Shown piece after piece: positions 51,322 through 64,000 of a DNA stretch of 64,000 nucleotides. The position numbers were made by a program, and so were the translations under genes. Source of the DNA: Squalus acanthias (Eukaryota); the NCBI GenBank assembly GCA_030390025.1, contig CM059448.1, forward strand, positions 17,298,001 to 17,362,000. Direction: 5' to 3'. A model generated the notes under the pieces. It had not been told where the DNA came from and ran no database searches. It worked only from the letters and a program-made list of their open reading frames with translations. The stretch's first letter is position 1, and each line of letters begins with the position of its first letter.

Positions 51322-54300
51322 CAAACGCAGCTCCAGCATGGGAAAAAAAGGCACTACCGAAGCCACGGCTTTTATTTTATTTCCTCTAGATCAGGAGGGA
51401 GATAGTGCTCTTTTTTTCTCTCTCTCGCTGGGAACGGGTGCTGGGGGAGAGATATTTTATTTATATTTTACGGTTTTATGTTAGCGACGTGTCAGGGAGA
51501 CAAAATAAATTGCTAATGCATAAGCAAAACCCGACTGCTTTGGCTTGCTGCGTGTCAGAACTGTGTGGAAGGAGTGGTGATATGGGATTTAGAACGGATG
51601 GGAGGCTCTGAGGGATTTAAGTTGGAAATTACTCTCTCCTCCTGTACAAAATCAGTGACTGATGATGGGCTTTCTGACTGAATTTGAAAGTGCTGGTCCT
51701 AGGGCAAAAGACTGGCTCTGGTGTACTAAAAAAAGAAAGAAAGCACTGGGTAAGAAGAAGCAGTTTGACAGAATAGGTGCTGAAAACAAAGCAGAGATAT
51801 TTCCAATATCTCCTGGCTTTCGCATTGCCTGTGGTTTGATTATGTTATTAAGAATTATCCTTTTCCAAAAGCCATTATATTCACGCGAATTACAATTCAA
51901 GACCACGGCCTTTTACAAAATATGAAACTGTACCCATAAGTTCAAGACGTGACATGACACTGCAGTACAAAACAATGTTGGTTTAAGCACTTACATTAAA
52001 AGAGGTAGGCTGCCGAGCAACTCTCGGCACAGAGCCAAGTCAACTATCGCAAAGCATAACTGCACATCAGATAGTTGTGATAAATTAACAAATATTAGCA
52101 AAAATAATCAGTTTGCAGAAGATTGACCCCAACAATGCATTAATTCCAGCAGGCCAATGAATTAAAAATGGCGACTACATTGACTGGGGGACCTTAAATC
52201 CACGTGTGCAAAATTGACAACCACTAGCCAAAACAAGTTATGTTGTTTAATTTGATTAGTGAAAACTGTAAACAGCTTATTTACGCGGGGTCCTTCTTTC
52301 AACTTCAGCACGTACAAAGCTGGAGCCGGGGAGCTTCCTTTGCAAGGAAACTTCAGGCACCGGTGATATTTTATGCTTATGATGTCATTTGTGTCCCAAA
52401 TATTACAGGAATACAAATGGCTCTGAAACTGTTAAGGCTTCTATCTCATATTTCATATGTGTAAAATAAGGAGCTGTAGGGGTAATTTGAATTTACTGCA
52501 CACCTCAATGACTGCATACAAATAGGCATGACATTTGCAGTGGTTGTCCTAAAAGACTGTATTAGACCTTTAGAAATCTAATCAGCAACCCCCTAAAATA
52601 GCGCATCTATCTAGCAATGTTTTTTGTACTGTTGTAAAATGAATTCTGCCATTACAACCTATTTTCCAGGGTTCGCACAGTCTAGGAAACACGATGGGTA
52701 AAGTAGTATTTAAGTATCATAGTCTCAAAACAGTGTCTAACTTCACATATTGCTAAAGGCAACGCCGATTTAAACAAAATTAACACGTCGTGAATGAGAC
52801 AACATTATTAATCCGAAGCTAATTTTAAGAGGGACTTGATTTGTATAGGCTTTCTTCGGCAACAAAAGTATAGAAGTAGGCGTGGATTTTAGGAGGTTTA
52901 AATGCACCGTTTCTGTCTATGTTGGTTTGAAATATACGTCGTTCGAGATTTTGTCGCTTTAATTGCAAAAGTTATTTACAGCGATCACATTGGTGCAGTT
53001 AAAAGGGGTTACTCAGTCTCATCGCCTAGTAATAAACTATGTTGTTTGTTATGACTCGTTCTGCAGACACCTCTTCAGTAAAGGTTGTAAATAAAGGCTG
53101 TTCAGTGGACTCTGGGGTGGGTAATAGTTCTCACCTTGACTGCAAAGCCTGGCCCAAATGTTGGATGACGAGGTCACAGAGGAACTGGATGTGTGGCCAC
53201 TTGGCCAGACTTGGAGGAGTGTCAAGTTGAGGAAAAGAGTGTTGAGGTGGAACAGTGACATTCCAAACTTGGGGGTCAGGCGTCAGGTTAACCTTTATCT
53301 GGCCTTTGCCTCGAATCTGGCCTTGGATAACAATCTGCTAAAGGTACAACATCTTTGATGTATTGAGCGATTTATGAGAAGCAGTGTTGACACAGACATT
53401 CAGAGCTTTCTTTTAAAAAAGAAAAAAGACGTTCCTAATTTATTCACCTTGCAGTCTCCTATTTAAAAAACGAATAACTCACAAAACGACAGAAACAAAA
53501 CAAAGTGCCTTATGAAAAAAAACACAGAAGGAAGGATATTAATAGAAGGTGAATAGATTTTAGGCAGGTATGAAGGACCACGAGAGAAGAGGAGAAATGA
53601 GAATGAAAAATATAAACTGAATCAAGATGCAATCAATGTATAAATATACACAACTATAAACAGAGCAATATGCGAACGGTCAAACTGAAGTCCTATAAAT
53701 GCTGAAAAGATCAAAAATGCAATTATCAATTCATATATTGAATAATAATAATTATAAACAACTGATTTCGCAGCATGCTACAGTAGGTCTTTATATTTTG
53801 GTGTAAATATATTTGTATAGTATTTAATTATTGGTAATAAAGTATGGATTTTGTAAATTCATTTTAATTTTTTTATATAACGGAGGCATCTTTAGATTGG
53901 ATATCATTACAATGATTTAAGTCTTTTAGCATGTTATTATTCAGCCATCAGTTCCTGGGGTGTGCTCTGCATCACCAGTGACAACCCCTGCAGGCTCATT
54001 CACGTTGCTACAACACCTAGCCCCGCAGGGGTAATGGCACCTCGGCCACAGGCGCGAATTCTAACACGGAGCTCGGTATCTGCTCAGAAATATCATATTG
54101 TCAGCTCTACATTTGCTTTTTTGCACGAACTGGGTTACGATGCTTCTGGAAATTAGGCCTTAACGGCATTACGGCATTGTCGAATTTCATTGTAATTAAA
54201 GTTGCTACAATCGAGAGTTAATTGTTATTTCTGAAGGAAAGCGATGGCTGGGGACAAAAAAGTGCAAGTGAATAACCCAATCCTGCTCACTGGTTGTGTG

Positions 54301-55284
54301 CCTATATGTGCTCAGTTATCTATCCTCTCTTGCCTTCATGCAGCACACACAGTTTCCTGGTGACAGTGCTTTGAGCTTGTGGAGTTAAAACCAAAGGTTT
54401 GAGTTTATCACTCCATACACACCGAGTGCCAGTCACTGAGTGTTCTCACGACTGCTCGCCCAAGCAGCACAGAAACAAGGCCTAATCCCAATGCCTGCCT
54501 TGGGGTCAGTCAGTGCCTTCAAGGGTATATACGACACAAACGCCAGGATTCACTCGCTGCTTCGGTAATGTACCGCGGGGCAGCCCCACGGAGCCAGTAA
54601 CCGTGGAGTTAAATCGCATCTCAGGATGATCTTTACAAACCTAAAATCACCCAATAGCTGCAAGGGTAAACAGCACCATAGGGTGACTCTCGCAAACCAC
54701 ACAGTTCCCCAATAGCCAGAGGGGCACTCGGTATCCCGGAGACCCAAGAGTCCATCATAAATTCAAATATCATGTGGGGAACATCCACTTTAACCCTCCG
54801 AAGTCTTCAATATGAACCTTGCATCTCTACCTTTACAATAACATATTTCTTATGTCTGACATATAGCACCATGGTGCCGTTCTTCTTCCTAATAAAATAT
54901 TTTAATCTCGGTGCTTTTCTCATTTATAATTGTTTATTTTCTACTTTCGTTACTCACCTTTATACAATACCTCTATCTCCTCGTTCAATTTTTACCCCAA
55001 TCACACCCCTCCCTAAAAAACCCCACCTATCTTTCGGCAAAGAAAATGCTCTCTGACACAGAGGATAGTTCTGTGTAGGCTTACAAATTAAATTTATCAC
55101 AAAATCCAGAACCAGATTACAAATGTACCCACTTACGTAACTCCCAACAACTTCCCTCTCCTTTCACAAACAGTATAATGCACCCCCAAAAAGCTGCTGA
55201 ACATTCGGGGCTATGGGTACATCCTCCTCCCATACTTTGCAATCCTCACCTGGGCAGCTGACTCCCGACTCTCTCTGGAACAAT

Positions 55285-55504
55285 AATGAGAAGTCGCACA
55301 ACACCAGGTTATAGTCCAACAGTTTTATTTGAAATCATAAGCTTTCGGAACTTACGTGGCCCCTTCCCGGTTCACCTGAGGAAGGGGCCACGTAAGCTCC
55401 GAAAGCTTGTGATTTCAAATAAAACTGTTGGACTATAACCTGGTGTTGTGCGACTTCTCATTTTTGTCCACCCCAGTCCAACACCGGCATCTCCGCATCA
55501 TGAC
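55285..55504 (+). mobile_element. Penelope-like fold-back insertion, family B
   Basis: 83-bp inverted arms 55285-55367 / 55380-55462 (2 mismatches seen), 12-nt spacer, tail 55463-55504, perfect 12-bp TSD CTCTGGAACAAT at 55273-55284 and 55505-55516. PLE assignment rests on architecture and the hammerhead, since there is no ORF. Confidence 0.82.
55372..55412 (+). ncRNA. Minimal type I hammerhead ribozyme motif
   Basis: TCAC-CTGAGGA-A-GGGGC cacgtaa GCTCC-GAAA-GC-TT-GTGA: helix I TCAC/GTGA, intact boxes, 5-bp helix II with one G-U, palindromic helix III AAGCTT. Confidence 0.82.
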
Positions 55505-56199
55505 CTCTGGAACAATGCAAGAGGCCTCAATGTAAACAAAGTGCACATTGCAGGAGTCAGCCTACCATTTTTAAGATTGTAATTCCCAAGAGTCACCACG
55601 TGATGCTCTTTCCTGATCTCCAGGATCATTGTTCAGCATCCCACTCTTCGAGCATCATTGTTGAATGGCCCACTGACTGGGAGTCTTATTGATTGGCTTG
55701 TTTCCTGGGGAGAAGAGGGGGAAAGTAAAAATAATTAAGAGGAAGGAGAGAAAAGTAAAGAAGCACAGAGAGGAAAAGAGGAGCGAGAGAGAGAGACGTA
55801 CACAGAAACAATAGTAAAGAAGATTGACAGACAGAGAGAGAAACAACAGTGAAGAGAGGGAGGATTTTTTTTTGCAGACTTATCAGAACAAATATCCTTT
55901 GCTACAGGAGTGTGAGGAACCATGAGAACTCTTTAGTGGAGCTCAGTCTCCTGAAGAATTGAAAAGGTGGGACCCAGTTCTAAAATATTTAAGAGCCACT
56001 GCTTTAAGACAACCCTAATGTGCACATGTACAGGAGTCTGTCTCTGAACTTTTATTTCAGATGGAGATTGGGAGAAGGCAGAGAGATGAGAGCAGCTGAC
56101 TGAAAATCCATGCTTTTGGCAAGTGAGGAAGAAATAGCAGGTGGCTGCAGGGGCCACTGAGAGATTTTTCTCTTCAGTTTTTAATTTAATTGCACTTGA

Positions 56200-56930
56200 G
56201 TGCCTGGGACAGTCCAGAGAGTCTGAGAGGGAGGGAGAAATCGAAGGGACAAGGAGAGATAGAGACTGGATGCAAAAGATGGCAGGAATTAGAGAACAGC
56301 AAAGAAAGCAGAGAGACAGAACTCAAAGAGAGTGGAATAAAAAGTGTCATCTAGAGAAAAGGGGGAGAAGATCACAAAAAAACATAGAAAGGGGGAAGCA
56401 CAGAAGGGAGAGAGAAAAAAGTACAGAAACTACAGAGAAAAAGAGACAAATTGACACAGAGAAGGATCAGAGAAAATATTACATTAACCTCAGGTAGCGA
56501 CAGAACAAGGGAGTAACCCAATTTTGCAGAAACTGCAGAGCAAGGGAGATACAGACAGATGAGGGAGAGAGAAAATATTACAGAAATTGCAAATAGGCAC
56601 AAAACAGATACCCAGAGAAAGAGGGAGAAAATATTACAGAAACTGTGGAGATAGAGCAAATAGAAAATATAGAAACCACAAATAGAATACAGAAATCAGA
56701 GAGAGAATGTGCATTTATGTTGTGTACTGTTTGGATTAATAAAAAGGGGAAATAAGATTCTGTTGAGGAGGGGTAGAAGAGAGATGGAGATATATTGTTC
56801 TCAGGTTGGGGACAGCAAACCTGCTGAGGAGGGGGAACACCTGTTGAGAGGTGGAAAGAGGGAGGGAGAGAAACCTTTTTACATAGAAAGGGACATCTCT
56901 GGCTCTTCTAAGAGCAGGAGGGAAGGTTAT
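56200..56930. repeat. Purine-rich (GA) low-complexity tract
   Basis: Strong A/G skew; imperfect repeats of GAGAAAATATTACAGAAA. Confidence 0.7.
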
Positions 56931-59244
56931 TATTGAGCTTAGTGTTATAAAACAGCATATCATCTGACTCACCACAAACAATGTTATGGGAGGTCCACAA
57001 AAAACACTTGGATCAATATACTGCTTTATCATCCCTTTCCAAAGCATCTTATAGCACTTCACATCCAATGAACTGCTTTGAAGTGACTCTTGTTAATAAG
57101 CTAATAAGTATATATATTATAATGTTGGAATATTATTGTGAATCAAAGATGTTATACAATTATATGCATTTCTCCATATTGCATTCAAGACTTTAAAGAA
57201 ACACATTTTTGCTAATATCTCCTTATGTGGCTCGGTGTCAAATATTGTTTTATAACACTCCTGTGAAGCATCTTAGGACCTTTTACTATGTTAAAGGTGC
57301 TATATAAATGCAAGATGTTGTTGTTTGCTGATTCAACATGCCAGAAGACTTGCATTTAATGCATATTAGAAGATTCAGTACTCAATAGGGTTATATCTTT
57401 TAATTTAACCAAAATCCTTAAGTCTGTTTAAGTTTAAACAATTTACAGAGAGCATTCGTGTTTTTTGATGAGAAAAATATCATGGTGGAACAGTACAATC
57501 AGGGAATAATATATGAAATTGTACTCGCTCTTTTTGCTTTGCATCTTATTGAAACCTTTTTCTTTTGAAATATTTACAGCATTCTAACCATTCAGTGTTC
57601 AGTATAACACATTGGATTTCATAAACCAATGGATTATGTTGGATCCGGGGTGGGGCAGGGGTGAAAAGTTATATGAGTTAGGTTGTGGAGTTGGCTAAAG
57701 CCTTTGCAGCTGACCCACAAAGTAATGGCTACAGCTATATTTAGATAATGTTTATATGTGTGACCACTCGGTATTTACAGTGATACCATAAGATTCCATA
57801 TTTGAAGCAATGATATAATTCACACTATTTTCAACATTGCAGGGAACTTTTCCTGAAGGCTGCAGTATACACTGGTGAATTGGTGAATGACATGTGTTTT
57901 TGAAATACATATTCAGCTAGAAAGATAATCTTGAGACACATTGCATATTTCAAACATCAAGCGACATGGGTTTGACACATTCACTGATTATTTTCTACCT
58001 TTTGTGTTAATTTTTTCCATTCTTTTCCGGGTTACCCTCTCCTTCATGCCACGCAACGCTCCAGCTGAGAAAGGAAGATCAGGCAACCTGCTCCAAGTTC
58101 TTTGCTAAAAGCTGCTCTGTAAAGAGCAGCTAGGAGGTGCAAGGCACAGGCTGGGATGACTCATCCTTTGATTTTTCTTTCTCATAGGGAAATCACTTTC
58201 TTCTATTTGGCACCTCCTTGATTTCCTGGTGTGGAGAATCATAGGGATAAACCCACATCTTACTGTTCCATGGCACAGTGCCTTGGCATATAACCAAACT
58301 AGCATATTCACTACTGCATGTTAACATTAAAGCATAAGAAAGTACAAGTTATCAGTGACAATGATATAACTGTGTTCTGTAAACCCATATTATAGAGCCC
58401 GATATAGAATAAGTAGTCCAATATCTGAATTTGAAACTGTCTTAATTGGATAGATTCTGCTCACTGGATCTTGTATGGTTTTAACATCAATCCCATATAA
58501 TGTAACAGAAGCATACAGCCAAAGAAGCTATGGGTATAGATTGAGTAATGTGCATATTAGACATTCCATGCATTTTTATACATATAAACAAACATCTTGT
58601 GAATGTGCAATGTCAGAAAATCTTTGAAACTATTGGGAAATACTGCCGATGTTTGGGATTATTTATGGTTAAACTGACAATTATAAATATCTCTGCAGCA
58701 AAATATATTAACTAATACACCAGCTCTGCTTGTATATGTCTGTGCCTTCTATTACTTCTGTCCACCCCTTTATTATTCTCCAGTGGAATTTCTATTAATG
58801 TCTACCTCCCAGCATGATGGTCATTTTTAATAGTCTCCATCGATGAACCATTACTTTTCCTGGCAGACACACCGAGTCACCTTCTCCCATCTTTAATGTT
58901 TTGTTCACAACTTCATACAAAAATGACAGACAGGCTCCCCCATTGGCTCAGCTTATCAGTGCATGTTTTAGTGTGGAACTGAGCCAAATGGCCCAGGAGA
59001 ATTCCAGGTTATATTCCTGGTCTCTGACGTGATAGGTGATCTCAGCCACGGCGACAGTCAAAAAAAACCAATTTTACCATTTTGTTCCACGTCGTGCACA
59101 GAAGAAATCTTTCCGCTGGCCAGTGTTTGCTATCCAATGATCTGTGCTGAGCAAAATCGACATAATACTGAGTAAAGTCATCTTCTTGCCAGGTGCAACA
59201 GCCCAGTAGTGAGTCCCATCCCTTTAATTAATATAACTTACTGA

Positions 59245-59520
59245 GCACCCTCTCAGGTGGATGTAAAAGATCCCATGGCACCATTTTGAAGAATCCCCGG
59301 TGTCCTGGCCAATATTTATCCCTCAACCAACATCACTAAAGCAAATTATTTGGTCATTGTCACATTGCTGTTTGTGGGAGCTTGCTGTGCACAAATTGGC
59401 TGCCACGTTTCCTACATTACAACAGTGATTACATTTTAAAAGTACTTAATTGACTGTAAAGCACTTTGCGATGTCCTGAGGTCGTGAAAGGCGCTATATA
59501 AATGCAAGTCTTTTTTCTTT
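59245..59520 (+). mobile_element. Deu-domain SINE, 3' half
   Basis: CTCTCAGGTGGATGTAAAAGATCCCATGGCAC...GGCGCTATATAAATGCAAGTC. Confidence 0.8.
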
Positions 59521-62500
59521 TTTTATAGTCATTCATTTACAGTGAACTTAGTTACAATGGCCTGATAATGAGGCATCTTCGTGCTGAATACAGCCACCCT
59601 TTTGCTGATCAACATTTATTTTAAAAGCATTTTATGCACTGAAGGAGAGTTTTGGGAGAGTAGTGCCACACAGCCCATAACCGATTTCCTCATGTACATT
59701 TCCACCTGGTGCTCTTCCTTATCTGATGCCAGGTAGAAGCAAAGACATGAAAGAAGTGGATTTCCATTATGGAGAGCTGTACTCAACATGATGGTATTCA
59801 TTATGGAGTTTGCTGTGATTAAGATTGGTATAGCGGTTAAGTTGGGCAGTTTATACTTCTAATAGCAGGAGCACCACCATTTGCTGTCCATGACTGTTTT
59901 TAAATGTAAAAGCGTCTAATGTTTATTCCCATCAATGAAATGGTGGAAGTCAAATGCTGCCATGAGGTCTGTTGACAACCTCAACAAAGTATTTGATTAT
60001 AGCGAGTCCCACATATTTGCATATCTGTTAATTGCTTACTCAACCAATTATCATCATCATCTCTGAGACATGTTTCCTTCAATTACAAATGTGTATTAAC
60101 ATTTTCATTTTTTTACTGTTTAATTAAAGACTCTGCACCCACGAGCAGTTTTATTTGCTCATACCCATTTGGCATGCTATTTTAAAAATTTCTGTTTGTC
60201 CGCACCATTATCAATTGAATATAGTTTGCTGTGAGATTTTGTTGTTGTGACACTGTCAACCAGAAAAGATATGGCTTGTTTAGGCAACACCGAGCACAAT
60301 TTGCCCTCTGTAGTTCCTGATGTGACCTGCATGCATAATTGTTGTACATTATTCAAGGGCTATTTGCATATTCTGTGTGCAGTTTGGGTGAAGTTCTGGT
60401 TATTAACTGCCTAACATGGAGAGAGACTTTGGCAAGTAAGAAATGGTCTATTGGGAAGCTTGGTTTAGCATAATCTTCTTACTGGGAATAGAATAGTGAC
60501 TTGGTATGGCTCGAAGTCATGCTGTAAAACTTTAATATCAGTATTGAACTATATTGATTCATTACTGGGAAAGGACACAGTTTAGAGCTGAATATAAATA
60601 ATGTTCATGGTTAAGTAGGATATCTGCTGAATGAATTTAATCTCAATCCTTTACATATTTTAATTTTATGTTCAGATATTTATGGGTGTACTACAGGCTA
60701 AAACTAAGTATGGATTAAACTATAATGCATGGCCTCATTATTGATTAGAAATTCTTGTGTGAGCAATAGCTCACAGTTTGTCTGTGTTTTGCACATCAGC
60801 CAAAAAGTTCCTCCCTGATTTCTGGGGTAACAACAGAGATTCTGCAGTTGAGCTTGCTAAAAAGGTCAATTCAGGGGAGCTTGTGCTAAATTCTCAGCCT
60901 TGTACTTCCCACTGAATGTTCGGCAGCGCCTGTCCAGAACTGGTATTAGAGCAGCAGAAGGAATGGGAAGGTGTGGATGGTGATGTGAAACGAAGAAAAA
61001 GAGCATGTGGTACATTGGGGAAGCTGAGACAAAGACAAAGTGGAATGGAGATCAGGAAAAAATACTACTTGGATGGGAAACCGCTGCACTTGTCACAAGT
61101 ACCATGTGGGCACCTAGGTCATGTGTTAAATTAATGTCAAACCCATCAGTTATATATCTGTGCTATCAATTATTTTCACGTTAGAAGGCAGAACTGAAGA
61201 GCAGTATTACATAATTCCATATATTATCATTTAAATACGAATGATTGTGTACACCGGACCAACGTAAAACTAACAGGACTGTTGAAATGTACTAATCCTG
61301 CTGATATTTGACCTACTATTATCACGGCGTGATTGCATTTTAATTATCCACAGGACAGAGCCATTCAAATTTAAAATCCAAAAGGAATGGCTGAGCATCA
61401 GATATAGTTACAGATTGTGATGCATCAAAATGGCTTTCAGAAGTGACACAAGAATTGGCTTCTGCTGGTGTAACCATCCTTGCCCCAGCAACTGCAACAG
61501 TAAACAGTTGATCAACATTGCAGTGGTAAGTGCAGACTGCAAGCGCTCTACTACTATGCCAGCTTTTTTTTTAGATGTCCCGTGGAATCCTATTTTGATC
61601 TTGAATGATGGTGGTCATGTTTTATGAAGTGTGTGAGTGAAGATAGGCCTCAAATAAGAATATTGTTGAATGCTAACCCTCATATGGTAGCTATTTAATG
61701 ATATTGAGACATATATCAATGAAAGGGCATGCAATGTACAATGTCAGTATGTAAGCTGAAAAACCCATTGTCATTATTATTTTCTTTCATGCCCTGTTAT
61801 ATAATAGTGGCGATATGATGGCATAATATTTTGGAAAAAGGAGCAAAGCAAAAATGTGATTATTCCTTTTTCACTGTGTGTTCCATCCTAGATCAGAATT
61901 ACTTGCATGCACTGCCACTTTTTAATACTTAGTGCAAAATAGTAAATATTTTTAAGATATCATGAATATGCACCAAGTCTTTAAGACAATCTTAATCTCT
62001 GCAGCACAATTAAATTACATTTTCTATGTATTTTAGTATAATATATTTCATCATTAACACAAGTTTCCCCAGATTACAAGATTGACTATACGCCAAAAGT
62101 ATTTCATTTTGGGATGTCCTAGGGTTGTGAAAGGCACTATATAATGTCCCTTTTGAGGCATGAGATGTGATTTGCTTCTCACAGTTTAAAAAAAAGTACT
62201 AGACTTAACAAGTAGCTCAGCACCATTATGGCAGGTGTGTTCTCATAAATTAGTTGCATTAATTCTAATACTTTCAAACGGTCATGAATTCCATTGAGTA
62301 AAATAACACGCGAGAGTTATAACTTACAGAAATCAAAACTAATGCACCATTCACCCATATTTAACACACAAAGAGAAATCCCTAGCCATAATTGTTGAAA
62401 TAAATGGGCAAAAAGCATGACTGCTGAATGCAAGCACAAGGTAAGATTTCATCTTGCTATTTATATGTAAAGCAGGGCATAGTTTTATAAACTGGTCAAA

Positions 62501-63853
62501 GTGGTGATGTTTACAGGTCACATAGATTCAGCCCTTCATGATGTTCATCTAATTGACTTACCCACTTATTTACATAACACAATGCTATCCCACTCTTACT
62601 GCCATACAATGCAGTGGAATGGACTGAAGTGTTATTTGTGAACTGTGATTTGCAAGCTCAGTATTTTTACAGGTCTGTCCTGCATTGTATTCAGCTTAAA
62701 TTACCTGTGCCTTTTGTTGAATAAAGATCATATTAGTAATTTTGTGCCTGATATACGTGCAAGTGATATAATGATTGGTGAGAGTGAACATTAATATTTG
62801 CTTTATATGAGTTCTATTTATCCAACAGTGGTTAAAATTTACACGAATTACACAAATGTAATGCAACAAAGGGCTTAATTTAATTATACTTAATTTATTT
62901 TTATTACTTTAGTTGTTTGCACTGGATTTTACTTTTGTTGCAAATGCTAACTGCAAAAATCGTTAATTGGTCCAAAAATTCATAGGGATTTTAAATCAAT
63001 GGATTTTCTTGTTCACAGAATCAACAAAGTTAAAATCCACATGAAATGCATTTATTATACAGTACGTGTTATATATCCCCAAAATACGATCTTGGGAAAT
63101 AGACCACAGAAATATAAAATGTGAATTACAAATTAATATTTATAATCCAGTAGCAATCCTCATACATACCAGCTTGTTTATTTGTAGTAGTCTTGCCAAC
63201 TTACAGTATCAGAAATTGTTTCCTGGAATTGCAGCTGGAACATCCAGTTACACTGTAATAGATTTTATTTCTGCCATAGTTCCAGAAATGAATGACTTCT
63301 GTGAAAACGCGTGCACTGACAGCAATTTGCATTAATTAAAGGGTTTCAACTGCCTCTTCCCTCTACAAACATATACAATAAGTCAAATTGCATGTGAATA
63401 CAGCAGGCAACACTGTGTTTATTTTAGGTTCAACAGTATCTCATTTACACGTGTTAATTAGAGCTAATTGGGACTAATTAAATGAACAGGAACCCCTCTG
63501 GGGATGTTCATACCTATAATTTTGGTAAATAGTCTTAATTAACATATGCAAGTTAGGGCTAATTAGCATTGATTAAGGGATTTTAGCTAAATTTTAAAGC
63601 GCTGCTCTTCAAATACTTTAAGCAGTACAGAATGTGGAATAAACGTTAAGCATTAAAAAGAAAAAAATGCTTTGGTTCCATTTAACATCAAGCTTATTTA
63701 CACTGTTTCAATTAAGTTATTACTTAACATCTGTAGTTTGTGTGCCAATGATTACAAAGTCTTCACTTGGAGAATTGAAATTTATCCCTTGTATTCCAGA
63801 TAATAATTTTAAATCTGGTTTGAATATTATATAATGGGTTAGCCTAAAGACTA

Positions 63854-64000
63854 AGGGGGAGAAATTCACTATCGGCCCGCAAGGGGTGCTAATTTTTAAA
63901 AGTTTGTAAAGTTAGTGCCAGGTGCTAACGATTTCAAACTTTTGAAAAATTCGCCGTTTGCGCTCCAAGAAGGAAGTGGAGCGCTAAATCAAGCGCTCCA
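63854..64000. mobile_element. Probable end of a DNA transposon/MITE cut by the window edge
   Basis: Abrupt switch to CpG-containing sequence starting GGGGGAGAAATT; the partner TIR is not visible. Confidence 0.35.

Noticed and set aside
56141-56497. 118-aa R/E/K-rich ORF
   Set aside because: Product of the GA-rich low-complexity tract.
1-64000. CRISPR arrays, operons or other prokaryotic systems
   Set aside because: The sequence is a spliced vertebrate locus with no regularly spaced repeat-spacer array.

Overview
Vertebrate genomic DNA, most likely from a cartilaginous fish (shark/ray-type HE1 V-SINE, HER1/CR1 LINE, Deu-domain SINEs and Penelope-like elements). Two protein-coding genes lie on the minus strand in the conserved LHX1-AATF order. 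LHX1 is complete (5 coding exons, 42127->32518, 1233 nt, 410 aa). Only the first four coding exons of AATF are present (29142->15827), and its large intron 4 runs off the left edge. About 21 kb around LHX1 (~28.5-49.8 kb) has no recognisable transposons and keeps its CpGs, while the flanks are repeat-rich. The most striking non-genic signal is a set of short Penelope-derived fold-back insertions from two families, each with a long target-site duplication and an unpaired 3' tail. Two carry intact minimal type I hammerhead ribozyme cores, and a third folds exactly on the ribozyme's helix-III palindrome. Also seen: a three-copy hAT-type MITE family, a triple-nested retroposon, two miR-30 seed sites and several hairpins in the LHX1 transcript, and candidate enhancers. 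Repeat family names and comparisons with human proteins are from recall, not database searches.
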